From positions 1 to 51,515 of IMG/VR virus record IMGVR_UViG_3300023076_000001: a DNA stretch of 51,515 nucleotides. One strand, written 5' to 3'. How positions within the stretch are numbered: the first letter of the stretch is position 1; every line of letters starts with the position of its first letter. The notes under the pieces are model-generated. The model did no database searches. It saw only the letters and a program-made list of their open reading frames with translations, and was not told the origin of the DNA. The translations under genes were made by a program, and so were the position numbers. Source of the stretch: a virus. Taxonomy: Duplodnaviria > Caudoviricetes. This document shows, in pieces, positions 19,449-27,611 of the stretch.

Positions 19449-19482
19449 CGAGACTGTAGACCTGTGGTGTAGGGCCTACAAG
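19449..19482 (-). promoter_or_regulatory. Leftward promoter for the recombination operon
   Basis: On the minus strand TTGTAG-N17-TACAGT; contains the C-N4-CTGTAG motif. Confidence 0.45.
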
Positions 19483-19688
19483 CCGTCTTTCGCAGCGGGA
19501 GGGCGCCCGCCGCCGCGCGAGGACGATCCGCCCTTTGCGCCAGCAGACGCGGCGAGAGCGGCGTCGCGCGAGAACGAGCGCTTTTCCTTCGGGACAGCAG
19601 CGCCGCCACGGGCCGCAATCTCGCGGCGCAGTTCGTCACTCATTGCTGCGAACCCCCTACGGGCCTTGGGCTTGGTTTCATCGGTCAT
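19476..19688 (-). CDS. KGG-repeat general stress protein homolog
   Basis: RGFAAMS.E.RREIAARGG..VP.EKRSFS.D..LAA.AG.KGG. Confidence 0.85.
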   Translation of the reverse strand: MTDETKPKARRGFAAMSDELRREIAARGGAAVPKEKRSFSRDAALAASAGAKGGSSSRGGGRPPAAKDGL

Positions 19689-19763
19689 GGGTGTTCCTCG
19701 TTTGCTCGCGTAACGGCACGCGGTGCTGGCTGTCAGCGGACCAACAGCCAGGGCGGCGGGTCG

Positions 19764-20072
19764 TTAGATGAACTGATGCCAAGCAGCGCCGAAGCTCCAG
19801 AACAGCAGGTTAGTTAAAACCCCACCGATCATCACGGAGCCCATGTAAGCGAGGATGCTTTGATCCTCGTCGCGTTCGGTCGATGTCTTGAGGCGGCGAA
19901 CGCAGTAGCTCGTCACGTACATCACGCCAACGGCCTGCAAATAGGTCAGGGCCGGAACATGGAAGATCGGAACCACGAACCATCGCCAGAGGTCGGAGAA
20001 GACAAGGCCGCTAAGAAGGGTTGTGGGAATGCCCACAATCATCAGGGCGATAAAGGCCAGAAACTTGGTCAT
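19764..20072 (-). CDS. Membrane protein
   Basis: Three hydrophobic segments; LWRWFVVP motif. Confidence 0.7.
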   Translation of the reverse strand: MTKFLAFIALMIVGIPTTLLSGLVFSDLWRWFVVPIFHVPALTYLQAVGVMYVTSYCVRRLKTSTERDEDQSILAYMGSVMIGGVLTNLLFWSFGAAWHQFI

Positions 20073-20341
20073 CAGAAGGCTTCCTCAATCTCAGCTTCGG
20101 CCGCGTCGTCGGCCTTGGGTTTGCGTCGGCGCTCGCTCATGGCCTCGCGGTTGGCGATCTTGGCGGCGGCTTTGGCGAGTTCTTCGTCCCAATGGGTCTG
20201 AGCCCTAGCGCGGGCCTCGTCCTCGGTCGGGGCGCGAAAGACGACAGGAAGCCAGCCGTCCTTACCGAGGTGGATATAGGCGACGGCTTGGGCGTTTGCG
20301 GGCGCCTCTCGCTCATCGGCAACATAGCTTACGATTCGCAT
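20072..20341 (-). CDS. Hypothetical protein ending EEAF
   Basis: TGATG-coupled to the downstream gene. Confidence 0.7.
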   Translation of the reverse strand: MRIVSYVADEREAPANAQAVAYIHLGKDGWLPVVFRAPTEDEARARAQTHWDEELAKAAAKIANREAMSERRRKPKADDAAEAEIEEAF

Positions 20342-20478
20342 GTCAGGCGCTCTCTCGATTGCTCTTCGGCCTGGACGCGAACAAGATCGCTATGCCGAGG
20401 GCCGCAACGCGGGCAACCGAAGATGCCTCGCAGGTTCTTACGGATGCGGTAGCGACCGCACTTCACACAGCTTGCCAT
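20329..20478 (-). CDS. Unannotated 49-aa zinc-ribbon protein
   Basis: MASCVKCGRYRIRKNLRGIFGCPRCG...; AAGGA RBS. Confidence 0.6.
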   Translation of the reverse strand: MASCVKCGRYRIRKNLRGIFGCPRCGPRHSDLVRVQAEEQSRERLTCES

Positions 20479-20499
20479 GTGGGAAAATCCTTAGGGGAT

Positions 20500-20657
20500 T
20501 AGAGGGAGGGAGCATTCGCCCTTGCAGATCCACTGCCCCCTCCCTTTCACCCGCTTCGCAGAGTTTACTCTGTGAAGGTTCGGCGACGAATGTCGCCGAA
20601 CGAACAACCGCTCCTCTGGATCGAGGGCAAGAGGTCACGGTTGAAACTGAATGACCC
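20500..20657. ncRNA. Multi-hairpin structured intergenic element
   Basis: Consecutive stems GAGGGAGGG/CCCCTCCCT, CTTCGCAGAG/CTCTGTGAAG, GTTCGGCGAC/GTCGCCGAAC and GGTCA/TGACC. Confidence 0.4.
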
Positions 20658-21098
20658 TTAGGCCTCGGGGGGCGATGGCAGCGCGGACGGCGCGCCGAAC
20701 TCCTTAAGGCGTTGAAGGTCAGGATTGTCTGCGACGAGCTTTGCGGCAAGCTCTTCTTTCTTGCGACGCGTCTCGGCCGACTTAATCGCAGCGATGGCGT
20801 TGTTCTCGGCGGCGATGATGGCCTCATACGGCGCCACATCCACCGGGCCGACGATCCAGCCCACTTGAACCGGCGAGTCCAGATCGATTTCAACATCAAC
20901 CTCCTCGACGCGAACCACGGTCATGTCATGCCGCGTTCCGGTGGGGATGACCACGTACTGGCCGACCTTGATAGCCGGGTCCATGGTCTTGAAGTGGGTG
21001 AACGGGCGCTTGCCCTTACCCTCGGCGTCCACTTCGTAACTGATGGCCACGGCGCGCACGTCGCTGCGAACGAGAAAGAGGGCGGTGGAATAGTTCAT
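20658..21098 (-). CDS. Hypothetical phage protein
   Basis: AAGGA RBS; KVGQYVVIPT beta-barrel followed by a helical tail. Confidence 0.75.
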   Translation of the reverse strand: MNYSTALFLVRSDVRAVAISYEVDAEGKGKRPFTHFKTMDPAIKVGQYVVIPTGTRHDMTVVRVEEVDVEIDLDSPVQVGWIVGPVDVAPYEAIIAAENNAIAAIKSAETRRKKEELAAKLVADNPDLQRLKEFGAPSALPSPPEA

Positions 21099-21135
21099 GG
21101 TCCTTGGTCCTTGACGGTGGGTTGAAAGGGAAGCT

Positions 21136-21204
21136 TTACGCCGGAATGTTCAACAGCACGGCGGCGAACATGGCGAGGCCGAGGAGGGCGAGATAGCGCG
21201 GCAT
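21136..21204 (-). CDS. 22-aa hydrophobic peptide
   Basis: MPRYLALLGLAMFAAVLLNIPA; starts 1 nt after the upstream stop. Confidence 0.45.
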   Translation of the reverse strand: MPRYLALLGLAMFAAVLLNIPA

Positions 21205-21205
21205 A

Positions 21206-21379
21206 TCAACGACCCCAGATGAGGAAACCCGCCGCTGCAAGTAGAGCGATGGAGAACAATATCGGGACCACTTTGAAAGAAAGTGCGCTGATGCCGTTGT
21301 TGGTGTCCAAAATGCTGGCCATGATTAATTGCCAAGCGGCAACGGCTGCGAGGAGAATAGCGATTTGAAGATCGGTCAT
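21206..21379 (-). CDS. Small 2-TM membrane protein
   Basis: GGAG RBS; first gene of a leftward operon. Confidence 0.65.
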   Translation of the reverse strand: MTDLQIAILLAAVAAWQLIMASILDTNNGISALSFKVVPILFSIALLAAAGFLIWGR

Positions 21380-21568
21380 GAGGTCTCCGTTTGGCTGGCT
21401 CACCCGGCGAGGCAAGCAACACTGTAATGCGCTGGGTCCGCGCTACGGTCAAGCGGAAATCGTCAGCGTAGTTGCGGCGATTTGGTTTTCGGTGGAAAGT
21501 GGGGCCGCGCTCAATCGCCGAGCGTTTCGCCAACGACATTCCGTCACACATCGAAAATCGGAGAGAAC

Positions 21569-22312
21569 ATGGCCCGAGAGCCGCAATCCGCGAAGGCCGC
21601 GAAGGCGCGCGCACAAGCCCTTTCGCGCGGGGGTACTGGTGGGGATGGTCGCGCCCTGACCGTCGTGGACAACATGACGCCGGAAGAAAAGCGCAAGGCG
21701 GCCGAGGCTGCGGAAGAGGCGCAACTTCTGTCGTTCCTGTCGCGCATCCGTGCAAAGCAAAAGATCGCCGACGAGATCAAGGCCAAGTACGACGAGGCCA
21801 AGACCGAAGTTCGGACGGTCTTCAATCTGGCCGACAGCGCCGGGTTTAAACGCGAGGAGCTGAACGAGATCTTGACTGACAGCAAGGTCACGGGCCAACG
21901 CAAGAACCTCGCTGAGAAGGAAGCCCGCCGCGTCCGCTTCCGCAAGTACGTCGGCCTTCCGGTCGGGCTCAGCGACGAACAGCAGGAACTCGATGGCCGC
22001 CTTGCGGACACCGCTAAGGACGAACTGGATCATGAGGCGGACGGCTATCGCGCGGGCGTCGCTGGCGATGAGCCTAAGCCGCCCAAGGAGTGCCCCTCGA
22101 ACTTCCACAGCGCTTGGATGAAGGGCTATCACAACGGCCAGGCGCGCAATGCGTGGGCGCTGTCGGAGGCCAAGGGCAAGTCCCCGATGCCCAAGCCCGC
22201 CGCCGTCCCCAAGGCCGAGCCCGCCAAGGCTGAGTTCACCGAGGCGACGCCTGACGAACTGGCGCAACAAGCGGGCCGCAAGCCCGATGAAGCGCCGGCC
22301 GAAGCCGTCTAG
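21569..22312 (+). CDS. GapR(DUF2312)-like DNA-binding protein fused to an RMF-like domain
   Basis: QLLSFLSRI..VRTVFNLADSAGF..L.EI matches the GapR pattern; GYRAGVAG..ECP...SAWMKGY matches the RMF pattern. Confidence 0.65.
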   Translation: MAREPQSAKAAKARAQALSRGGTGGDGRALTVVDNMTPEEKRKAAEAAEEAQLLSFLSRIRAKQKIADEIKAKYDEAKTEVRTVFNLADSAGFKREELNEILTDSKVTGQRKNLAEKEARRVRFRKYVGLPVGLSDEQQELDGRLADTAKDELDHEADGYRAGVAGDEPKPPKECPSNFHSAWMKGYHNGQARNAWALSEAKGKSPMPKPAAVPKAEPAKAEFTEATPDELAQQAGRKPDEAPAEAV

Positions 22313-22875
22313 TGGAAAAGATCGCCTTCTTTGACCTTGCGCCAGGGCGGGCGGGTTGGTGTGTCGGTGTGGGTGATTCCACGCCGACCACTGGCGTCAT
22401 TGAGTTTGACGACCACGGCGACGACCTTGGAGGCTTGGGCCTTCAGTTCCTAGAACACCTGAACCTCTTGCACGCTCGCTTCGGGTTCACGGTCGCGGGC
22501 AACGAAAAGCCCCTCCTACTCGTCAACGTCAGGGGCAAGAACGGCAATCGACGCACCGACACCCTAGACGACTTGCGCCGCATCTACGGCCTCGGGTTCA
22601 CGCTGGCCACATGGTGCGCGCAGCGGCAAATCCCGTTCTGGGAGGAAACCGTCCAGGCGGTGAAGAAGGAATCAACCCGCAACCACACCGCCGAAAAGAA
22701 AGAAGTAGCGGACCAAATCGAAAAGATCGGGATCGATATTGGCCGTGGCCCTGGACGTCTTGACCGAGCTGACGCCGCTTCCGGCTGGCTCATCGGCGTT
22801 CGCACATGGAACCCGCATCTATCGGCCGCATGGGACCGCAAGCTATTCTCGGCGGTCGGGGCTTTACGTTCCTAG
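22312..22875 (+). CDS. RuvC-like Holliday junction resolvase
   Basis: IAFFDLA..AGWC, NEKP, VKK..T..AEKKEV, DRADA. Confidence 0.7.
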   Translation: MEKIAFFDLAPGRAGWCVGVGDSTPTTGVIEFDDHGDDLGGLGLQFLEHLNLLHARFGFTVAGNEKPLLLVNVRGKNGNRRTDTLDDLRRIYGLGFTLATWCAQRQIPFWEETVQAVKKESTRNHTAEKKEVADQIEKIGIDIGRGPGRLDRADAASGWLIGVRTWNPHLSAAWDRKLFSAVGALRS

Positions 22876-22937
22876 CGGCACGGTTTAAACACCACTGTAG
22901 GGCGTCGCCGCGCCTGATAGCCGAGAGGATTCAGAAC

Positions 22938-23333
22938 ATGGCCATACGAATTGGGCCGCAGCCACTCCCGCCCATGCGCGGCCCGCAACTCATCGCCGAA
23001 ACGGTTCTAGGCGCCATCGTGGATGGCCACGAACTAGACGCGGTCGACGTTAAGAACATCGTGGATTTCCGCCACGAACACGGCGGCTCACGGCTTAACG
23101 AGGCCGTACTGATCCTAGCCCGAGCGCTGGCCAAATCCATGAGCGACCTTGAGGCCGAGAAGGCCGGGGCGCGCATCCTGGCCAACGAACTGAAAGCCGC
23201 CAAGCGCCGACCTCTGGCCCTTGTCCCGAGCATCCTTGACCAGATCCGCGAGGCCAAGCGCGCGGCGAACCAACGCGGCGAGGTGTTCGCGATTGAGGAC
23301 ATTCGGCCGATTTTGGAAAGGGCGCTGTCGTGA
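22938..23333 (+). CDS. Hypothetical protein
   Basis: GAGAGGA RBS; GTGA coupling. Confidence 0.65.
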   Translation: MAIRIGPQPLPPMRGPQLIAETVLGAIVDGHELDAVDVKNIVDFRHEHGGSRLNEAVLILARALAKSMSDLEAEKAGARILANELKAAKRRPLALVPSILDQIREAKRAANQRGEVFAIEDIRPILERALS

Positions 23334-23488
23334 GCGTTCAGCTCGACCTATTCGACAGGCCGCTACCGAAGTGCGGCGATTGTCGCAACCTCGGGCCGGC
23401 GATTGAAAGCGGCGTTCGATATTGCCTGGGGTGCTTAACCTGGCGGTGGGCGGATGATCGGATCGATTGCCGGTCCTACAAGCCATGA
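23330..23488 (+). CDS. Unannotated 52-aa Cys-rich protein with N-terminal QLDLF clamp-binding motif
   Basis: MSVQLDLFDRPLPKCGDC...YCLGC...DC; 4-nt overlaps with both neighbours. Confidence 0.75.
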   Translation: MSVQLDLFDRPLPKCGDCRNLGPAIESGVRYCLGCLTWRWADDRIDCRSYKP

Positions 23489-24030
23489 CCCCACCCATTG
23501 GCCAGTTCGGCCTGGTACTGGCTGACCCTCCATGGCGCTTCATCACGCGCGACGGGGTTTCAGCGGTCCCAACGCAGGCCGATGACCCATACCCGACCAT
23601 GAGCCTGGACGAGCTGAAGGCCATGGACATGTCGTTCACGGGCGCGGCCGATTGCGTCTGCGTCATGTGGGCGACGGCGCCGTTGCTGCCCGAGGCCATC
23701 GACATGCTTGGGGCATGGGGGTTTGCCTACAAGACGGCGGGTTCGTGGGCCAAGCAATCCAGCACGGGGAGGAAGTGGGCCTTTGGGACCGGGTATATCT
23801 TCCGGTCGGCGGCCGAGTTCTACGTCGTCGGGATGCGTGGATCTCCGCGCCTCAAGTCGAAGTCGGTTCGCAACCTGATCGTCGCACCGATTCGGGAGCA
23901 CTCGCGCAAGCCCGACGACATGCACGTCATGTGTGAGAAGCTTTTCGATGGCCCGTATCTGGAGCTTTTCGGACGCCAGCAGCGGCCAGGCTGGACGGTC
24001 GTGGGAAACGAGGCTCACAAGTTCGGATGA
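23485..24030 (+). CDS. MT-A70 family adenine methyltransferase
   Basis: LADPPW, YPTM, WGFAYKT, REHSRKP, YLELFGR. Confidence 0.92.
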   Translation: MTPPIGQFGLVLADPPWRFITRDGVSAVPTQADDPYPTMSLDELKAMDMSFTGAADCVCVMWATAPLLPEAIDMLGAWGFAYKTAGSWAKQSSTGRKWAFGTGYIFRSAAEFYVVGMRGSPRLKSKSVRNLIVAPIREHSRKPDDMHVMCEKLFDGPYLELFGRQQRPGWTVVGNEAHKFG

Positions 24031-24216
24031 GATCGGCGGCCTGGGAGGATCGCCGCCCTCCCAGGCCTGGGCCGCAGCGTCAACGAATGGTGCCAGCCAA
24101 GGCGAGGGACTAAGCCCCCGACGAGAACACCACCGGACTGAAGCGGCCTTGACCATTGAGATAGCGGATTGCCCGGCGTCTGTCCATTGACCGGATTATG
24201 ACGGAAGGCTTATGAA

Positions 24217-24282
24217 GGGCGGGCGGCGCTGCTACCAACAGCCGCCGCCCATAACCACCGGCTGCTAGGAGAGCCTGACGTG
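24217..24282 (+). promoter_or_regulatory. Hairpin-TAACC-RBS hairpin leader (copy 3)
   Basis: GGGCGGCGCTG..CAGCCGCCGCCC-ATAACC then GGCT..AGGAG.AGCC before GTG 24280 (18-aa ORF coupled to the methylase). Confidence 0.5.
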
Positions 24283-24332
24283 ATCGACCGGATAAATACC
24301 GGTGCGCCCTCTTTGTTGCAAGGGCGCTCTGA

Positions 24333-25007
24333 ATGACCCGAACCGAAGTGATATGCGACGCCACGCTGTACCTCGGCGACTGTCGCGACATCCTGCCGAC
24401 GCTTGAGCGCGTCGATGCGGTTGTGACCGATCCTCCGTATGGGATTGCCGCAGCTAAAAAAGGCGCGCATTCGTCAATTCGTGACAATGATGCTTGGGCC
24501 CCCGCTGATTGGGATGATGGTCGCCCCCCAGAAAGCCTGTTTGCGACCCTGTTACGGTCCCGCGAAGTCGCGATCTGGGGTGGTAATTATTTCGCCGACC
24601 TTCTTCCGGCGTCTTCCGCTTGGCTGGCCTGGGTCAAGCCCGAAGCTGACACGGGCTTCTCCCTCGCAGACATGGAATTGTGCTGGACGAACCTGGGATT
24701 TGCGGCGCGCACGAAGCGACTACCGCGCCGAGACGGTAACGAACACCCCACGCAGAAGCCCGTTTCGGTGATGGCTTGGACGCTGAGTTTTGTAAAATCG
24801 GCCACCGTGCTTGACCCGTTCATGGGCTCAGGAACCACCGGCGTTGCGTGCGTCAATCTGGGCCGCGCATTCATCGGCATTGAGCGCGACCCGACATACT
24901 TCGACATCGCCTGTCGTCGCATCGAGGAAGCCTACAAGCAGCCACGCCTGTTCGCCGAGCCCGTGTCCAAACCCGTTCAAACGTCATTCCTGGACGAGTT
25001 CAGATGA
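24333..25007 (+). CDS. Beta-class N4-C/N6-A DNA methyltransferase
   Basis: GDC..L, VTDPPYG, HPTQKP, VLDPFMGSGTT, FIGIE. Confidence 0.93.
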   Translation: MTRTEVICDATLYLGDCRDILPTLERVDAVVTDPPYGIAAAKKGAHSSIRDNDAWAPADWDDGRPPESLFATLLRSREVAIWGGNYFADLLPASSAWLAWVKPEADTGFSLADMELCWTNLGFAARTKRLPRRDGNEHPTQKPVSVMAWTLSFVKSATVLDPFMGSGTTGVACVNLGRAFIGIERDPTYFDIACRRIEEAYKQPRLFAEPVSKPVQTSFLDEFR

Positions 25008-25825
25008 GCCTCGCCGCTATCGTTGAAGCCCTGTTCGAGGCTGGAGCTACGCGCGAAATGATCGTGGCGGCGGTGCGCGCCCATGAGGTGAACGGCGTTC
25101 AATCTTCCCCGAAATCGTCCGCTGCTGAGCGGCAAAAGCGTTATCGCGAGCGTAACAAAGCGTCACGCGAGCGTAACGAAACCGTAACGCCGGAAAATGA
25201 CCAAGGCGTAACGGAAAACGTCACAACCGTAACGAAAAGCGTAACGGAACGTAACGCCCCTCGCGCACGCGTAAGAGATATAACTTCTAACTCAGAACTA
25301 ACTGGAGAAGATAATCCCTCACTACGTTCGGATAACAGTTGCGGCGGTGACATGTTCGGTGACGGACCTGGGACGGCGTTAGCGGTCATCCCGTTGCGCC
25401 CTGTCGCCAAGCAAACCGACGCGGTGATTGCGTTCGATGGCTACAACGCCGTGGCGGCTGAGCTGGGGCTTCCTGTGGCCAGATCCTTGACCGAACCGAG
25501 GCGGAAGGCGCTGAAGCGAAGGCTTGCCGAAGTGGGTCTAGACGGCTGGACGGAGGCTCTTAACCGGCTGCGAACAAGCCCGTTCTGCCAAGGCAAAACC
25601 GGAAACGATTTCATCGCAACGCTGGATTTCATGCTGCAACCCAAGTCCTTCACCAAATTGGTCGAAGGCGCTTACGAACGGAGACCCAATGGGAACGGAA
25701 CTTACCAAGACGACGGAAGCGGACCAACGCGGATGGCTGGTGGCGCGTACCCCAGATCAGGTGGACGCGGCCCTGTTGACATCGGTGGCATCATCATTCG
25801 GCGCCGTGCTGAGCGTGGTGAGTGA
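25004..25825 (+). CDS. Replication initiator protein
   Basis: AERQKRYRER motif, internal iterons, C-terminal LT..RRKAL..RL..W..SPF..G...TLDF...F.KL.EG.Y domain. Confidence 0.75.
   Translation: MSLAAIVEALFEAGATREMIVAAVRAHEVNGVQSSPKSSAAERQKRYRERNKASRERNETVTPENDQGVTENVTTVTKSVTERNAPRARVRDITSNSELTGEDNPSLRSDNSCGGDMFGDGPGTALAVIPLRPVAKQTDAVIAFDGYNAVAAELGLPVARSLTEPRRKALKRRLAEVGLDGWTEALNRLRTSPFCQGKTGNDFIATLDFMLQPKSFTKLVEGAYERRPNGNGTYQDDGSGPTRMAGGAYPRSGGRGPVDIGGIIIRRRAERGE
25151..25320 (+). repeat. Putative replication origin: iterons plus AT-rich tract
   Basis: 7 CGTAAC and 2 CGTCAC within 25151-25255, followed by an AT-richer TAACT-containing tract. Confidence 0.75.
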
Positions 25826-26423
25826 GAACCGCTTTCCCGAGGATGGCCCGGCATACCGCGTGGCTGTCACATGCGGGGTTCAGGTCGCATCGGTCGAACA
25901 GGCCATGGCGGCGGCTGAGCGCTTCCAAGGTGCGATGTTGCCCGCTACGCAAAGCCAAGTGGAAGATTGGTTCTACGCCTTGCGCTTGGCGACTGCTGGC
26001 GCAGCAAAGGCCGAAACTGACGAAGAGGCGCGACTAGCTCTGTACGTCAACGCTATGGCTCGATACCCCGCTGATGTTGCAAAGGCGGCGCTCGGGGCGT
26101 TCATGACGCGCACCAAGGGCTGCACGGCGTGGTTTCCGACCTTGGCCGAACTTGTCGCCGAAGCCGATAAGCTGGTCGCACCGCGTCAGGTCATCATCGC
26201 TGGATTGCTGGCCTGGAAGCCGAAGACGCCGGATCAGGAGCGCCAAGAAGACGCCCGAGAACTGTTATTCCAAGCTGTCGAAAAGGAGCGCGAGGCCTTC
26301 CAGTTCAAGCGCTCGGACGCGCCCAAATACGCAGCCATGATGGGCGAGGCCAAGGCGCTGAGAGCCAAGGCTGCCGACATGCGCCGTGGTGGACCCGCGC
26401 CCGAAACCCCCGAAGCCTTTTGA
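25689..26423 (+). CDS. Putative helicase loader/inhibitor-like protein (paralog 1)
   Basis: Follows the initiator; Y...MARYPAD...A...WFPTLAEL motif; ends PEAF. Confidence 0.55.
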   Translation: MGTELTKTTEADQRGWLVARTPDQVDAALLTSVASSFGAVLSVVSENRFPEDGPAYRVAVTCGVQVASVEQAMAAAERFQGAMLPATQSQVEDWFYALRLATAGAAKAETDEEARLALYVNAMARYPADVAKAALGAFMTRTKGCTAWFPTLAELVAEADKLVAPRQVIIAGLLAWKPKTPDQERQEDARELLFQAVEKEREAFQFKRSDAPKYAAMMGEAKALRAKAADMRRGGPAPETPEAF

Positions 26424-26495
26424 TTGCCAACCGCCCCGGATAGCACTACTGTAGCCAAACCGGGTTCGCCGACCCTAGCCGAGAGGAAATCGAAG

Positions 26496-26564
26496 ATGAC
26501 CAATGATGCTTGCAAGGTTGAGGCTTTCAAGGCCTCGGCCGTCTCTGTGAAGCGGGTGGCGTGA
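26496..26564 (+). CDS. 22-aa leader peptide
   Basis: GAGAGGA RBS; TGATG coupling to the NTase-like gene. Confidence 0.45.
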   Translation: MTNDACKVEAFKASAVSVKRVA

Positions 26565-26989
26565 TGAGTGTCTGGACGCAAGCCGAGGCCATCGAACTGG
26601 CCATCGCCATCGAGGCCGTTTGCCCGGCCTATGGATGCCATGTCGCCCTGACTGGCGGCCTCCTCTACAAGCCTGGCCTGCGGAAAGACGCCGATCTCCT
26701 GTTCTATCGCATCCGCGATTGGGATGAGATCGACGTGAAGGGCCTCTTCGGCGCTTTGGCGAGCCTTGGCATCGTGCAGGGCACGGACCATGGCTGGTGC
26801 AAGAAGGCGACCTTCCACGGCAAGCCGATCGACTTCTTCTTCCCTGACGACGACGGCTCTTATCCCGACCATCTGTCGGAAATCGATCTGTTGGACATGG
26901 ATGCGGTCGAGGCCTTCCACGACCTGAAGGCGGAAGCCCGCAAGGATCGCGCCGACATCGCGTCGCTCCAGTCGGAGGCGCAGTCGTGA
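26564..26989 (+). CDS. Minimal nucleotidyltransferase (Pol-beta superfamily)-like protein
   Basis: VALTGGLLY...RKDADLLF and a distal IDFF. Confidence 0.55.
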   Translation: MSVWTQAEAIELAIAIEAVCPAYGCHVALTGGLLYKPGLRKDADLLFYRIRDWDEIDVKGLFGALASLGIVQGTDHGWCKKATFHGKPIDFFFPDDDGSYPDHLSEIDLLDMDAVEAFHDLKAEARKDRADIASLQSEAQS

Positions 26990-27456
26990 CCTCCCCCACC
27001 GTAGACACCAAAGCGCCAAAGGTTCTGGCTGAGCGTGAAGAGCTTGCGCGGATTATCGATCCGAAGGCTTGGCGCGTCCGGCAGGAGCGTCTCGACCGCG
27101 CGGCCCACTGGCTGGAAAACCCCGACAAGTTCCGTCAGGCGGAAGCCGACATGTTCCATCGCGGAAACCTTTCGGACGCGGATCTCGCCGTTAAAGAAAG
27201 CCGCGCCAAGGCCGATGAATGGCTCTCCCGCACTGACGCCCGCAACACCGAGCTAGTCGCCCAGCGCGATGGGCTGGTGAATGCGGCTATCGAGGCGTTC
27301 GCCGCCGATGTTGTCGCGGAAGCCGTGCGGTACGCCCGCTGCTACCAGCCCGGAACGGACGGCTTCAACACCTTCCATCTGCTGGCCGACCGGATCGCGG
27401 CCCTTGCCAAAGACCGCATCATCCACCCATTCCGAGCGGCTGGCGGTGAGGCATGA
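26986..27456 (+). CDS. Hypothetical protein
   Basis: GGAGG RBS; REELARIIDP motif. Confidence 0.7.
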   Translation: MTSPTVDTKAPKVLAEREELARIIDPKAWRVRQERLDRAAHWLENPDKFRQAEADMFHRGNLSDADLAVKESRAKADEWLSRTDARNTELVAQRDGLVNAAIEAFAADVVAEAVRYARCYQPGTDGFNTFHLLADRIAALAKDRIIHPFRAAGGEA

Positions 27457-27611
27457 CGGCCAAGTGGTTTCGAAGGTTTGGCCAATGCAACACGCTGGGG
27501 TGCTCAAAGCCCGGCGCTGGCGAGTTGATGGACGAGCGCAACGGCGTGCTTGGGACATTCTGCGAGCGATGCGCCAAGATACGCATTCAGCGTGAGAGCC
27601 GAGCACAATGA
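27453..27611 (+). CDS. Unannotated 52-aa Zn-finger protein
   Basis: MTAKWFRRFGQCNTLGCSKP...FCERCA; ATGA overlaps at both ends. Confidence 0.7.
   Translation: MTAKWFRRFGQCNTLGCSKPGAGELMDERNGVLGTFCERCAKIRIQRESRAQ

Noticed and set aside
20500-20657. tRNA gene
   Set aside because: No cloverleaf with a T-loop GTTCRA and acceptor stem could be built
23485-25007. Restriction-modification system
   Set aside because: No adjacent restriction endonuclease was recognised; orphan protective methylases are more likely
25151-25255. CGTAAC repeats as a CRISPR-like array
   Set aside because: The units are hexamers with very short spacers inside a coding gene, and there are no cas genes
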